Notes: generated from the letters alone by a model not told the origin. A stretch of DNA of 64,000 nt from Candidatus Fiminaster equi (GCA_018064745.1 JAGHUR010000011.1:6137-70136); one strand, 5' to 3'; shown: positions 9,874 through 21,427, numbered from the stretch's first letter. Translations and numbers: made by a program.

Positions 9874-10831
9874 TTTCGTTTAATATTCTCTCTAATGATT
9901 CGCGTGTTGTTAATGCACTCGCGAGTTTATTTTTTGCTTTTTTCATGTCTGGATGACTGTTTAAAAATTTAGGAGCAATTCCACGTAAAACCATCATTGC
10001 GGTGTACTCACCTTTTTCCTCGATTAACATATCTGCTAAATCACGAATATATTGTATTGATTCTTCTAATGAAGAACTTTCAATTATAGAACCATCTTTA
10101 AAGTAAGAATCTATTTGCTTCACTAAGAAAGGGTTTCCAACACCTCCGCGGGCAACCATAACAGCATCAGCTTTGGTGCATTCTAAGGCCTTTATTGCGT
10201 CTTTTAGAGTGTAGATATCACCAGAGACAATTAGTGGAACTGACATTTCGTTACGGAAATCCTTTAAAAGTTCCCATCTTGGCTTTCCAGCATAACCTTG
10301 TCTTGTGGTTCTTGCATGAATTCCAATTGCTGCAACACCAGCATTTTCTAATGCCTTAACATTCTCTTTGAAATTTATTTCATCTTCGTTCCAACCGAGT
10401 CTTATTTTTGCGGTTACTGGAATTGGAGAATGTTTGCATATTTCTTTAAACATTTCTTCTAATTTCTTCGGATCTCTCAAGAGAGAAGAACCAGCACCAG
10501 TTTTGGTAACTTTTGGAGCAGGACACCCTAAATTGATATCAAAGATATCTATATTTGGATTATGTTTCAAAACAACATCCATTGCTTTGCAAATTGTTTC
10601 AGCAGAACTTCCAAATAATTGAATTGCAATAGGTCGTTCTTGCTCAGTTGATTTTAAATAATCAATTGTCTTTTGATTATCATAGATAAGACCGCAATCT
10701 GAAACCATTTCCGTTACAGTTAATGCAACGCCAAAAGGTTTCATAAAATTTCTGTAGCCTAAAGATGTGACTCCCGCCATAGGCGCCAAGACAACTTTGC
10801 CATTAATTTCAACGTTTCCAATTTTAAACAT
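9863..10831 (-). CDS. dusB: tRNA-dihydrouridine synthase
   Basis: 322 aa. MFKIGNVEINGKVVLAPMAGVTSLGYRNF and FDINLGCP Dus motifs. Confidence 0.88.
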   Translation of the reverse strand: MFKIGNVEINGKVVLAPMAGVTSLGYRNFMKPFGVALTVTEMVSDCGLIYDNQKTIDYLKSTEQERPIAIQLFGSSAETICKAMDVVLKHNPNIDIFDINLGCPAPKVTKTGAGSSLLRDPKKLEEMFKEICKHSPIPVTAKIRLGWNEDEINFKENVKALENAGVAAIGIHARTTRQGYAGKPRWELLKDFRNEMSVPLIVSGDIYTLKDAIKALECTKADAVMVARGGVGNPFLVKQIDSYFKDGSIIESSSLEESIQYIRDLADMLIEEKGEYTAMMVLRGIAPKFLNSHPDMKKAKNKLASALTTRESLERILNEIKI

Positions 10832-10858
10832 AAAAGTAAAAAGGGAGGTAAACCTCCC
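10831..10858 (-). terminator. ftsH terminator hairpin GGGAGG-TTTA-CCTCCC plus U-tract, ending 10 nt before the dusB ATG
   Basis: Perfect 6-bp GC-rich stem. On the minus strand it is followed by TTTTTACTTTT and then the dusB ATG. Confidence 0.6.
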
Positions 10859-10864
10859 TATGAA

Positions 10865-12922
10865 TTATTCAGCTTTCTTTGCTGCTGGTTTTTTAGCAGG
10901 AGCCTTTTTGGCTGGGGCTTTCTTTGCTGCTGGTTTTTTCTCAACAGGTTTTGTTTCTTCAACAAGTGGTTGCTCTTCAACTTTTTTGCCAGCTAAGACA
11001 GCATCGATTTCTTCTGCAGTAATTGTTTCTTTTTCAAGAAGTGTTTCTGCAATTTTGATAACATCAGCTTTGTTAGCTTTAATAATGTCTTGAGCTTTCT
11101 TGTGAGCCTCATCGATAATCTTACGAACTTCTTGGTCAATTTCAAATGCAATTTGAGTAGAGAAATTCTTTTGTGTTGATGTGTAATCTCTTCCGAGGAA
11201 GACTGAGCCAGTATCCTTTTCATATTGAATTGGACCAAGTGAACTCATACCGTATTCAGTGACCATTGATCTTGCAATTTGTGTTGCAACTTCAATATCG
11301 TTTGAAGCGCCAGTTGTAACATCATCGAAGAAAATTTCTTCTGATGAACGTCCGCCCAAGAAACCAATAATTCTAGCTTCAAGCTCAGCTTTGCTGAGTA
11401 AGAATCTATCATCTTCTGGTGTCATTAAGACGTGACCACCAGTTCTTCCTCTAGGAATAATTGTGATTTTTTGAACTTTATCTGAATGAGGAAGTTTTAA
11501 ACCAATAATTGCATGGCCGGCTTCGTGGTAAGCAACACGTTTTCTTTCGTCTGCATTCATTCCTTTGGAATTCTTGGCTGGGCCTGCAATTCTTCTATCA
11601 ATTGCTTCGTCAACATCTTTGACTGAAATCATTTCTTCATTGTTGCGAACTGCAAGAATTGCCGCTTCATTCATGATATTTTCAATATCAGCACCTGAGA
11701 ATCCAACTGTTCTTTTTGCAAGTTGTGCAAAGTCGACTTTTGGATCAATAAGTTTATTTCTGGAGTGAACTTTAAAGATTGCTTCACGACCAGCTTTATC
11801 TGGTAAATTAACTGTGATTGTTCTATCAAAACGACCAGCTCTTAATAAGGCTGGATCAAGAACATCTTCACGGTTTGTTGCAGCAATAACAATAATGCCT
11901 GAATTATCTTCAAAACCATCCATTTCAACTAGAAGTTGATTGAGTGTTTGTTCTCGTTCATCGTTTCCGCCACCAAGACCAGCGCCTCTTTGACGTCCAA
12001 CAGCATCGATTTCATCGATAAATACTAAACATGGAGCAGATTGTTTTGCTTTTCTGAACATATCACGCACACGACCTGCACCAACGCCAACAAACATTTC
12101 GACAAAGTCGGAACCTGAAATTGAGAAGAATGGTACACCGGCTTCGCCTGCAACTGCTTTTGCAAGTAATGTCTTACCTGTACCTGGTTGACCTACGAGT
12201 AAGATACCTTTTGGAAGCTTTGCTCCAAACTTGGTATATTTTTGTGGGTTTTTAAGGTACTCAACAAGTTCGACCATTTCTGCTTTTTCTTCATCACACC
12301 CTGCAACATCGGCAAATTTGACTTTTGAACTGTCAATTTTACGTGCTCTTGAACGATTGAAATCTAAAGCTTTGTTATTAGAACCATTAACGGATCTTGA
12401 GAGCAATGAGAATAAAATAATTGCAATTAAGACGGTAACAATTATTGAAATAATTGATGGTCCCCATTGATCCCACCAAGAGACTTGGAATGCATAAACA
12501 TCTTTGATGTATGCTCTGTCTGCTTTATCTGGAAATGCAACTTTGTAATCATTAATTTCCTTTTCAAAGAGAGTTGAATATGCTGGGTGAGTTCCACCTT
12601 CTAATTCGAATTCGTGATTATATTTTTCGATATCAATAACGACATCAAATTGCTTTTCTCCATCATTTGGATTTGCAACCACATAAAATGTACCTGTGAT
12701 TTCAACTGTGGTTTCTTTGTTGTAAACTTCAGCAGTTACAACCTGGTTGTCTGCAAGAGCTTTATCTAGTGATCCTGCATCAGAATTCCACTTATAAACC
12801 TTAGCTGAGGTGGCTCTGACAATTAAAACTATAAAGGCTGCAATTGCTGCAATTATAATAAGATATGGGAGAATAACTCTTCCAAATCCTCTTCTTGGTT
12901 GTTGATTTTTATTTTCGTCCAT
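10865..12922 (-). CDS. ftsH: ATP-dependent zinc metalloprotease FtsH with Lys/Ala/Pro-rich C-terminal tail
   Basis: Walker [20 protein letters not shown] zinc motif. Two N-terminal TM helices. Tail ...[24 protein letters not shown]. Confidence 0.95.
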   Translation of the reverse strand: MDENKNQQPRRGFGRVILPYLIIIAAIAAFIVLIVRATSAKVYKWNSDAGSLDKALADNQVVTAEVYNKETTVEITGTFYVVANPNDGEKQFDVVIDIEKYNHEFELEGGTHPAYSTLFEKEINDYKVAFPDKADRAYIKDVYAFQVSWWDQWGPSIISIIVTVLIAIILFSLLSRSVNGSNNKALDFNRSRARKIDSSKVKFADVAGCDEEKAEMVELVEYLKNPQKYTKFGAKLPKGILLVGQPGTGKTLLAKAVAGEAGVPFFSISGSDFVEMFVGVGAGRVRDMFRKAKQSAPCLVFIDEIDAVGRQRGAGLGGGNDEREQTLNQLLVEMDGFEDNSGIIVIAATNREDVLDPALLRAGRFDRTITVNLPDKAGREAIFKVHSRNKLIDPKVDFAQLAKRTVGFSGADIENIMNEAAILAVRNNEEMISVKDVDEAIDRRIAGPAKNSKGMNADERKRVAYHEAGHAIIGLKLPHSDKVQKITIIPRGRTGGHVLMTPEDDRFLLSKAELEARIIGFLGGRSSEEIFFDDVTTGASNDIEVATQIARSMVTEYGMSSLGPIQYEKDTGSVFLGRDYTSTQKNFSTQIAFEIDQEVRKIIDEAHKKAQDIIKANKADVIKIAETLLEKETITAEEIDAVLAGKKVEEQPLVEETKPVEKKPAAKKAPAKKAPAKKPAAKKAE

Positions 12923-13035
12923 AATTAATACCTCCGGGGTTATCTAAACAAATGTTTTCGCTAAAAATAATACCAAAACTAAATGTTTTGTAAACAATTT
13001 TGTAAATATATTTAATTTTATAATTTAAGAATGGG

Positions 13036-14250
13036 CTATTTATTCCTAATTTTAGTTAAATCGATTTTCAAAATAGATTTATGATTATCCACAAAATCTT
13101 TGCGGTATCTAGGAACATAAATTAACTCATTGTTTTTGTTATAAATTCCAGGCCACATCTTTCTAAGATGAGTTGGCATTTTCCAGTTAATAAATTGTCT
13201 TCTAACTTCAACAAAATAGTCCTTAACTTTTACTCTGTCTTTAGGGTTAACATTTCTCACAATTAGTGGAAAATCTTCATCTTTAATTCCGCGGTCTTCT
13301 GCTCCCATCGAAAAATCAATTTTTAGGAATTTATTCATTGCTTTTTTGTTAACTACAAGCTCATAAGCATAAAAATTCTCTAAATCAGTCACCTCAACAT
13401 CATCGTACATTTTGGAAAGGGTAACGTGTTCAGTAATTTTGAATGAAATATTTGCGTTTGTTGCGAAAGATTTTTGAATCTCCTCAATAAATTTTGCACT
13501 CAAGTCACGGTGTTCATTATGTTTGGTCATATAAAAATCGATGAATCTAACGATATTTTCATATGACATTTTTGCGAATTTTTTATAAGAAATTTTAGGG
13601 ACAAATTTTTGTTCAATTTTTTGCTTGTTTTTGAGTTCTAAAATAATGTTTTTTCGCTCTTCTTTTGTTAATTTTTCAACCACGCTGTGGCGAACCTTAT
13701 TTCTTGAGTAATGATCAGTAAGATTTGACTCATCAATTGAATAAGGAATTTTATTAGAAATATCGTACTCCAAAAGTTCTTGTTTTGAATAACCCAAAAG
13801 CGGTCTAATTACCTTGACACCTAAAATATTGTTTTCCTCGCGAATTCCCCAGTATTTCACTAGGTTTTTGCGATTTTTTTGCATTTTATAGGTTTCAATT
13901 ACATCGTCTTCTTGATGAGCTACAAGAACACCTATAGCATTATGTTTTTCAACTACATTTTTAAAGAATTTATAACGTGTTTCACGAGCCCATTCTTGGA
14001 AGTTTCCAGATACCTCTAAATTTGCTGTGTCCAACACCTCAATTTTGATATTATTTTCGTTACAAAACTTAGTCAAAGAAGCTTGTTCAAAATTTGAAAT
14101 ATCTCTTTTGTGATAATTGACGTGCGCAACAACAATTTTTAAGTGATTTTTTAGGGTTGCAGAAAGTAGGGCCATTGAATCTGGTCCGAAAGAGCAAGCA
14201 ACAACATATTTCTTGCTGTGGTCTAAGTCTAATTTTAGTTCCTTACTCAT
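13036..14250 (-). CDS. tilS: tRNA(Ile)-lysidine synthetase
   Basis: PP-loop CSFGPDSMAL. tilS-ftsH synteny. Start placed at MSKEL (14250) with GAAGGG RBS. The ORF track extends it to 14310, overlapping mfd. Confidence 0.85.
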   Translation of the reverse strand: MSKELKLDLDHSKKYVVACSFGPDSMALLSATLKNHLKIVVAHVNYHKRDISNFEQASLTKFCNENNIKIEVLDTANLEVSGNFQEWARETRYKFFKNVVEKHNAIGVLVAHQEDDVIETYKMQKNRKNLVKYWGIREENNILGVKVIRPLLGYSKQELLEYDISNKIPYSIDESNLTDHYSRNKVRHSVVEKLTKEERKNIILELKNKQKIEQKFVPKISYKKFAKMSYENIVRFIDFYMTKHNEHRDLSAKFIEEIQKSFATNANISFKITEHVTLSKMYDDVEVTDLENFYAYELVVNKKAMNKFLKIDFSMGAEDRGIKDEDFPLIVRNVNPKDRVKVKDYFVEVRRQFINWKMPTHLRKMWPGIYNKNNELIYVPRYRKDFVDNHKSILKIDLTKIRNK

Positions 14251-17200
14251 TTTTTCCCTTCTTATTATATTTTTTATAAAGTGTTGCAATACATTCAATA
14301 ATTGTTTCAAGATCTTTTATCCAATTGTCTAGCTTTTTAAGTCTGATTTTAAGAACTTTATTCAAATATGTTACTGAAATCTTTCCAAGATATGGTGTTA
14401 GTATCTCAAATAGGGCTGAACCAATACCTGAAATTGATGAAAATTTATCTGACAAAACAATCTCAATATCATTAGCATATTCATTAACATTTTCGAACTC
14501 TTCGTTGTTCATTAAAATATCGATTCTTCTCTTGTTAATTAACATCATAACTTCATGAGGAATTTTTCCATAAATATTGCGGATTTTAGCCTTTATTCCC
14601 TGCAATTCCTGGATATTTTGGGCATTTTCAAGTTCTTGATATAACTCGACTTTATCCTCTTTTACCATGTACACATCAGGTATGTAAGCATCAATTTTAA
14701 AGAGCTTAACTGGCTTAGGTGGCTCATATGCTTTTCCGGTCTTTTTCTCTTCAATAACTTCATTCAAAAGTTTGAGATACAATTCAAGACCAACTGAATC
14801 AATAAAACCAGCTTGTTCTGGTCCTAAAATATCGCCTGCACCACGAATCATAAGGTCTCTTTGTGCAATTTTATATCCAGAGCCCAATTGAGCAAAATCT
14901 TGAATGGCTTTTAGTCTCTTTTGAGCTGTTTTGTTAATATTTTTCTGCTCACTATAAAACAAATAAGCATAAGCAATACGATTTCCGCGTCCAACTCTTC
15001 CTTTAATTTGATAAAGTTGCGATAATCCAAAGCGATCAGCATTCTCAACGATGATTAAATTGGCATTTGGAATATCGATTCCGTTCTCGATAATAGATGT
15101 TGCAACCAATACATTTATTTCGCCAGAATAGAATCTCATCATAACGTCTTCTATTTCGTCTTTTGACATCTGTCCATGAACAACTCCAACGCTTGCTGAA
15201 GGTATTTGTCTTTGAATTTTGTTTGCAACTAAATGAATCGAAGAAACTACATTATGTATGTAAAAAACCTGGCCTTTTCGCGTTAATTCTCGTTCAATTA
15301 ACTCTCTGCACACACCTTCATTAAATGGTGCAACATAGGTTTGAATTGATGATCTATTTTCTGGTGGTGTGTTAATTTGAGAGACTGGTCTAACACCAAT
15401 TAAAGATAGTTGTAAAGTGCGTGGAATTGGGGTTGCAGAAAGAGATAAAACATCAATATTTGACTTCATCTCTTTAATTCTTTCTTTTTGTTCAACACCA
15501 AATCTTTGTTCTTCATCAACAATAAGTAATCCAAGGTCTTTAAATGAAAAATCTTTACTTAATAAACGGTGAGTTCCGATAACTAAGTGAATTTTTCCTT
15601 CTTTTATATCCTTAATATATTCTTTTTGTTGTTTTTCAGAGACTAGTCTCGAAATAATGGCAATATTAACTCCAAAATTTCTAAATCTTTCACATGCAAG
15701 TTCATAATGCTGTCTAGCAAGTAGTGTAGTTGGGCACAATATTGCAACTTGCTTTCCTGATGAAATAGCTTTAAAGACTGCTCTAAATGCAACTTCGGTT
15801 TTACCGAAGCCTACATCACCGCAAAGAAGTCTATCCATTACATCATCAGATTCCATATCTTTTTTAATATCAATTACAGCCTGTTGTTGATCGTAAGTTA
15901 ATTGATACGGGAATTCTTTTTCAAATGCTTCTTGAATTTCATCATCAGGCATAAAGGCAAAGCCTTTGCCGTGCGCTCTTTCGCTGTATAAAGCATACAA
16001 TCTATCTGCTAATTCATTAATTCTTGTCTTAATCTTTGATTTAGTCTTTTCCCACTCATCAGAATTTAAACTTGATAGTTTCGGTTCAGCACCTTCTCTA
16101 CCAGAGTATTTACGTAGTAATCTAAATTGAGTTAAAGGAATGTATAAAGTGCTTGTTCCAGAGTATTGAACATGAATAAAGTCTCTATGAATACCATCGA
16201 CCTCTATAGTTTGAATATCTAAGAATTTACCTATTCCATAATATTCATGTACAACAAAGTCTCCTGGTCTCAATTCTTCATAATTTCTTAAGATTGTAGC
16301 TTCCTTAAACCTATTCAAAAATCTAGAAGATCTATTTTGAAAGCCAAAAAGTTCTTTTGATGATACAAAAACTATTTTTTCATCAGGTAATTCAAATCCT
16401 TCTTCAAGAGAAAAGATCGTCACTCCAATTTTCTTATTTGGAATCTCTAATCCTTTCAATGCATCATAAGGAATCTTCTCAGATTTTAAGAATTCAACAA
16501 CTGTTTCGTATTGCTGTTTGTTAGACAATGCGAGAACTATTTTTTGAGATGTTGAAAGGTACTGATTTAAGATAATTGAAAGGTTAGAAGAATTAGCTTT
16601 TGAGAAAATAATCGGATTGGTTTTAAACTCAATTTGTTCGAGATTTTCACGGAAATTACTGGAGAAAATGAGGTATTTTTCAAATTTTAAGACATCGTTA
16701 ACATCATTATATAGTTCAAGATGTGTGATCAATTTTCCATCTTCGTTAAGTGATGAAAAGTAGTTCTTTGCTTCCTTAATTAAAAACTCAATTGTGGTAT
16801 CAAATTGATTCTTGTTAGATATAAATGTTAAGTCAGCTTTGAAGTAATCACAAATTGAATTAGTAAAGTGTTTTACATACCTTGTGTATTTGTATAAATG
16901 CGGATGATAAACACGTTCTTGGATGTGTTCAAAATCCCTATTTGCATTTTGCTCAAGATAAGCACCTAATTCTGGAATTAAATTGCGTTTATCTTTTGCG
17001 ATTTGTGCATCTAAATTCTTTTTGAATTCTTCAATTTCTAAATCTGTAAATAAAACATCGTTTGCAGGTTCAAATTTTATTGAGTCAATCTCCTTAAATG
17101 AGGTTTGCTTAGCTATGCTAAAATATGAAATTGACTCAATAGTATCGCCAAAGAATTCAATTCTGATTGGATTATCTTGTGAAACAGGATAAATGTCTAA

Positions 17201-17725
17201 AATATCACCACGAGATGCAAATTGAAGAGTTTGATCTATTTTATTAACTTGTTCATATCCTGCCTGCACTAATTTTTTCTTGGTTTCTGCTAAGTTATAT
17301 TCTTTTCCTTTTTCAAAGTAAAATGTGTTTGATAAAAAGTCGCTAACTGTTGGTAGCGGTGTAATCAACGCTGAGGCATGAGTAACAATGATTTTTGGCT
17401 TATCCTCTAATGCTTTTGTTAAGACATAAAGTCTTTGAGCTAATAATTCCTTTGATGAAGTTAAGCTTTCATTTCTTAACATGTCATCAACCGGGAATAG
17501 ATAAACATTATCTTCTCCAATGAGGGAAGCAATTACGTCAGAGACCTTTTGTGCATTGTATAAATTTGATGTTAATAATAGGTATTTCCCAGGTTTTTTG
17601 TGGAAAACTCCCGCGAAAAGTAGGGAGATTCCAATAGTATCATCAACGACAAAATTCCCACTTTTCGTTAAGAGGTGGGTAGCAGCTTCAGTGTTGGAAA
17701 TCAGTTTTAAGAGTTCATCATTCAA
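14243..17725 (-). CDS. mfd: Transcription-repair coupling factor
   Basis: 1160 aa. Helicase motif LLCGDVGFGKTEVA, DEEQRFG, TRCF domain. pth-mfd synteny. Confidence 0.95.
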   Translation of the reverse strand: MNDELLKLISNTEAATHLLTKSGNFVVDDTIGISLLFAGVFHKKPGKYLLLTSNLYNAQKVSDVIASLIGEDNVYLFPVDDMLRNESLTSSKELLAQRLYVLTKALEDKPKIIVTHASALITPLPTVSDFLSNTFYFEKGKEYNLAETKKKLVQAGYEQVNKIDQTLQFASRGDILDIYPVSQDNPIRIEFFGDTIESISYFSIAKQTSFKEIDSIKFEPANDVLFTDLEIEEFKKNLDAQIAKDKRNLIPELGAYLEQNANRDFEHIQERVYHPHLYKYTRYVKHFTNSICDYFKADLTFISNKNQFDTTIEFLIKEAKNYFSSLNEDGKLITHLELYNDVNDVLKFEKYLIFSSNFRENLEQIEFKTNPIIFSKANSSNLSIILNQYLSTSQKIVLALSNKQQYETVVEFLKSEKIPYDALKGLEIPNKKIGVTIFSLEEGFELPDEKIVFVSSKELFGFQNRSSRFLNRFKEATILRNYEELRPGDFVVHEYYGIGKFLDIQTIEVDGIHRDFIHVQYSGTSTLYIPLTQFRLLRKYSGREGAEPKLSSLNSDEWEKTKSKIKTRINELADRLYALYSERAHGKGFAFMPDDEIQEAFEKEFPYQLTYDQQQAVIDIKKDMESDDVMDRLLCGDVGFGKTEVAFRAVFKAISSGKQVAILCPTTLLARQHYELACERFRNFGVNIAIISRLVSEKQQKEYIKDIKEGKIHLVIGTHRLLSKDFSFKDLGLLIVDEEQRFGVEQKERIKEMKSNIDVLSLSATPIPRTLQLSLIGVRPVSQINTPPENRSSIQTYVAPFNEGVCRELIERELTRKGQVFYIHNVVSSIHLVANKIQRQIPSASVGVVHGQMSKDEIEDVMMRFYSGEINVLVATSIIENGIDIPNANLIIVENADRFGLSQLYQIKGRVGRGNRIAYAYLFYSEQKNINKTAQKRLKAIQDFAQLGSGYKIAQRDLMIRGAGDILGPEQAGFIDSVGLELYLKLLNEVIEEKKTGKAYEPPKPVKLFKIDAYIPDVYMVKEDKVELYQELENAQNIQELQGIKAKIRNIYGKIPHEVMMLINKRRIDILMNNEEFENVNEYANDIEIVLSDKFSSISGIGSALFEILTPYLGKISVTYLNKVLKIRLKKLDNWIKDLETIIECIATLYKKYNKKGKNE

Positions 17726-18288
17726 CTATTACCACCTCCATTAAATTTTGACATTGCGTTTTGAAAATCGTTTATCAAAAATTCGCGTATAGCTTTTGTT
17801 GCGCGTTCTATTGCAGAGTCTATTTTTTCTTTTTCTTCACCTCTAGGTTCACCTAAAACGTGTTTGATTGGATCATATTTTGGTTCGCCAATACCAACGC
17901 GAATGCGTTTAATGTTTTCGGTTGAAAGATATTTAATAATATTTTCCATTCCTTTTTGGCCGCCGCTTGACCCACTTGCTCTTAACCTAAGATTACCTGG
18001 TTCAATAGCCATATCGTCATAGACGATTAAGATATCTTCTCTATGAATTTTAAAAAATTTAACAATCTCGTAAACTGCTAATCCTGATCCGTTCATCATT
18101 GTTAATGGTTTAAATAAAATGATATCTTCATCTTCAAATTTGAATCTTCCATAGACACCATGAAAATCTTCTTTATCGATGTCAACTGAAGTTGCATCAG
18201 CAAAAGCATCTACAACACGAAAACCACAATTGTGACGTGTCATTGCGTATTCTTTTCCTGGATTACCTAAACCAACAATAAGTTTCAT
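17722..18288 (-). CDS. pth: Peptidyl-tRNA hydrolase
   Basis: MKLIVGLGNPGKEYAMTRHNCGF signature. Extended -10 TGATATAAT 12 nt upstream of the ATG. Confidence 0.93.
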   Translation of the reverse strand: MKLIVGLGNPGKEYAMTRHNCGFRVVDAFADATSVDIDKEDFHGVYGRFKFEDEDIILFKPLTMMNGSGLAVYEIVKFFKIHREDILIVYDDMAIEPGNLRLRASGSSGGQKGMENIIKYLSTENIKRIRVGIGEPKYDPIKHVLGEPRGEEKEKIDSAIERATKAIREFLINDFQNAMSKFNGGGNS

Positions 18289-18330
18289 AATTGCATTTGA
18301 TTATATCACAACACATTATATTATGCTAAA

Positions 18331-19248
18331 ATGTTTCACATGAAAAAGAAATTGCCTACACCAATTAAGGATGGATTAATCGGCCTAGCTTTCGGTACAG
18401 GAATGATTATTCCGGGAATTGCTGGTGGCACTGTATTACTGATCTTTAGAGCATTCAAAAAGGTAGTTGGTGCAGTCGCTAATTTATTCAGCAAAAATTT
18501 TGGCCGCAATTTTCTTATTTTGTTGCCATTTGGAGTTGGTGCAATCTTATCATTTGCTGCATTAGTCATTCCATTAAACTTAGCAATGGAATATTGCATG
18601 TTTGCAATCATTTGTTTGTTTGCTGGGTTGGTCATTGGATCACTTCCTGGAGTTACTGATAATGTTAAAGACGAACCACGCAAAAAATCTTACATTTTAT
18701 CATTTGGAATTTTCTTCTTAATAACTGCATTTGTTGGGGTTTTCTCGGTGATTTTCCCTACAATTTCCTGGATAAATGACATTTTTAGAGATGTTCCAAC
18801 ATATCTTTATTTCATTATGATTGGGGTTGGATTTTTTGCAGCTGCAGGCTTAGTTATTCCTGGATTTTCTGGTTCGCTTTTATTGGTTGCAATTTGTTTC
18901 TATCAGCCTATTCTTGAATTGTTTAAATTTAAAAATGTTGGAGCCAGTTTTGGCCTAATATTCTCATTCTTAGTTGGAGCAATTCTTGGTTTTGTTATTT
19001 TCTCAAAATTAATGAACTATTTTCTTGCTAAACATAGAGTTGGAACATACTATGCTGCAATCGGAATGATTGTTGGCTCATTAATCTCAATTTTTGTTAA
19101 CTCCAAAATGTTTGATTACTGTAAGAGTTCATCATTTGGTCTTGTGGATCAAATATTAGGACCAATCCTATTTGTTTTAGCTATAATTGGTAGTTACATG
19201 ATTGTCCGCTATCTAAGAACACATAAGGAACCTAAAGAAAATGCCTAG
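18331..19248 (+). CDS. DUF368-family polytopic membrane protein (PopT-like putative polyprenyl-phosphate translocase)
   Basis: Two repeats of the DUF368-like motif (IPGIAGGT and IPGFSGSL). About 8 predicted TM segments. The true start may be MKKKL at 18340. Confidence 0.5.
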   Translation: MFHMKKKLPTPIKDGLIGLAFGTGMIIPGIAGGTVLLIFRAFKKVVGAVANLFSKNFGRNFLILLPFGVGAILSFAALVIPLNLAMEYCMFAIICLFAGLVIGSLPGVTDNVKDEPRKKSYILSFGIFFLITAFVGVFSVIFPTISWINDIFRDVPTYLYFIMIGVGFFAAAGLVIPGFSGSLLLVAICFYQPILELFKFKNVGASFGLIFSFLVGAILGFVIFSKLMNYFLAKHRVGTYYAAIGMIVGSLISIFVNSKMFDYCKSSSFGLVDQILGPILFVLAIIGSYMIVRYLRTHKEPKENA

Positions 19249-19807
19249 AACCAGAGAACAATTTTCTGAAATGAAAGACGAGAGATTAAACTCGATTTTA
19301 AGTGCTGCTCTCCCACTCTTTTCCTTGTATGGCAAAAAGGTTTCAATTGATGCAATTTCTAGCAAAGCAAAATGCTCTCATGGAATTGTATATCATTACT
19401 TCAAAAATTCAGATGAAATTTATCAAAAATTGCTTACAAGTTCAACTTATGTTGAATTAAACAATAGATTATTAATGATAACAGAAGGTTCGAGTTATGA
19501 AAAAATTGAAGAAATTATTTCAGTTTTGCTTGATGTTTCTGAAGCAAAATTCGAGAACGTTTGTTATTTAAATATCATCATTAAAAATAGAGATAAAAAT
19601 TCTTTGTTTTTTAAGCTTGCAAGACTCGTAAAAGAAGGACAAAATTCCGGCAAAGTTATTGCTGGTATTCCTGAAGAAGTAGTCAATACTTTATTCTTTG
19701 TCTTTAAGGGCATTTACCTTTCTTTTATACAAGAAAAGCACCCTGATATTAAGGTGCCTTCTTTAGAAAGTGTAATGCAATTGATTCGTAAACCAATTTT
19801 ATTTTAA
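19241..19807 (+). CDS. TetR/AcrR-family transcriptional regulator
   Basis: N-terminal HTH SIDAISSKAKCSHGIVYHYFKNSDEIY. Overlaps the DUF368 gene by 8 nt. Confidence 0.75.
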   Translation: MPRTREQFSEMKDERLNSILSAALPLFSLYGKKVSIDAISSKAKCSHGIVYHYFKNSDEIYQKLLTSSTYVELNNRLLMITEGSSYEKIEEIISVLLDVSEAKFENVCYLNIIIKNRDKNSLFFKLARLVKEGQNSGKVIAGIPEEVVNTLFFVFKGIYLSFIQEKHPDIKVPSLESVMQLIRKPILF

Positions 19808-21361
19808 ATATTTATCATCAAATTGCTTGATGTCTTTATAGACACCTTTTAAGTTTGGATACATCTTCATGTACGCATGCTCATAAAGGTATTTATATTT
19901 TTCAACATTTTCAGGATTTGGAATAAATTCCACACTTTGGTGAACCATTGCTTCAGCAGCTTCTTCTTTTGATTTAAATTCACCTGCTGCAATAAAACCA
20001 GCCATAGCACAACCTAATGTTGAACATTCAAATGATTGAATTCTTGAAACTGGTCTGTTAAATATATCTGCGGTAATTTGGCAAATAACATCACTTTGTG
20101 ATCCACCACCTGAAATTCTAATTTTTTCAACCTTGTGGTGAAGGCGTTTTGTTTCAAATAAGTCGAGGCCTTCTTTTAAGCAATAACCAATACCTTCAAT
20201 GATTGCGCGATACATGTGAATTTTTGAGTGGACATCACTAAAACCAATGATTGCGCCTTTGGCGAGTGGTCTTCTTAAGCCTGGTCCCCAGTATGGTTGA
20301 AGAACTAGTCCATCAGATCCTGGAGCAACCTTTGCCATTTCATCATTAAATTCTTGAATCATGCCTCTGTTTACAACAATTTCTTCAACTGTTGGGCCTT
20401 GGCAACCAAATTGTTTAATAAACCAATTTAACATCCAATAACCACGATAGACTTGAACGTCCATATCATAACCACTGACAATATCAGGGTATGATGGAAG
20501 GAACGGCTCAGCAGATTTATATTTCTTAATAGGAACTTCAATTGAACAAGCTGTTCCATAGGAAACTGCTGCCATTTTATCATTAACAACACCTAGTCCA
20601 AGTGTTTCTGCTGATTTATCTGAACCACCTGCAAACATTTTCATTCCTTCTGGGAGTCCAGTTGTTTCGGCAGCTTCTTTTGAAATGGTTCCCATTACAT
20701 CGCCAGCCTTAACTAATTTACATAATTTTTTACCTGGAACACCAAAAACTTGGCCTTTCAAGTGATTGTCTTTTTTATACCATTCACCTTTCTTAAAATC
20801 GATAGGTAAATGACCAGCTTGGCATGATGCGCAATCGATGTATTCTCCAAGTAATTTTGAAGTAATATATGTGGAAATCATCATGAATTTCGCTGTATTT
20901 TCCCAAATATCTGGTTGATTTTCTTTTAACCAAACTCCCATTGATCTCTTGCGGTTAAGCTCAATAGTTGGGCCCATTCCAACGAGCTTAAAAATAGCTC
21001 TTGAAAGGGCAGGGAGTTTTTCTTTTCCTTCTGCTCTTCTTTCGTCTAACCAAAGAATTGCAGGACGTAATGGTTTGAAATTTTCATCACAACAGACAAC
21101 AGAATCTCTAAAGAAACACATAGAGATACCAAGGACATCACTCAATAAATCAGAATTATTTTGAACAATTTTCTTAGTACATGTACAAAGAGAATTGAAG
21201 TAATAATCTGGGTCTTGTTCAGCATAGCCAACAACTGGTGAGTTGTATGCTGGTTCATACTTAACTCTTTCCATTGCGACTATGTCGCCTTTTTTATTTA
21301 CGAGTCCAACACGGACTGATTGCGTACCAAAATCTATGGTAAGAATGAGTGGTTCTTTCAT
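19799..21361 (-). CDS. FGGY-family carbohydrate kinase (xylulokinase/LsrK-like)
   Basis: 520 aa. N-terminal LILTIDFGTQSVRVGLV and the two FGGY domains. Confidence 0.75.
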   Translation of the reverse strand: MKEPLILTIDFGTQSVRVGLVNKKGDIVAMERVKYEPAYNSPVVGYAEQDPDYYFNSLCTCTKKIVQNNSDLLSDVLGISMCFFRDSVVCCDENFKPLRPAILWLDERRAEGKEKLPALSRAIFKLVGMGPTIELNRKRSMGVWLKENQPDIWENTAKFMMISTYITSKLLGEYIDCASCQAGHLPIDFKKGEWYKKDNHLKGQVFGVPGKKLCKLVKAGDVMGTISKEAAETTGLPEGMKMFAGGSDKSAETLGLGVVNDKMAAVSYGTACSIEVPIKKYKSAEPFLPSYPDIVSGYDMDVQVYRGYWMLNWFIKQFGCQGPTVEEIVVNRGMIQEFNDEMAKVAPGSDGLVLQPYWGPGLRRPLAKGAIIGFSDVHSKIHMYRAIIEGIGYCLKEGLDLFETKRLHHKVEKIRISGGGSQSDVICQITADIFNRPVSRIQSFECSTLGCAMAGFIAAGEFKSKEEAAEAMVHQSVEFIPNPENVEKYKYLYEHAYMKMYPNLKGVYKDIKQFDDKYLK

Positions 21362-21427
21362 ATATCGTCTGCCTCTATTTATTTAGATTTTAAACTTTTT
21401 TGAAACCGCTTTTCAATTATTTTTTCT

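Noticed and set aside
10767-11093. 108-aa plus-strand ORF with [14 protein letters not shown] repeats
   Set aside because: Reverse complement of the Lys/Ala/Pro-rich C-terminal tail of ftsH. It is a repeat-coding artefact.
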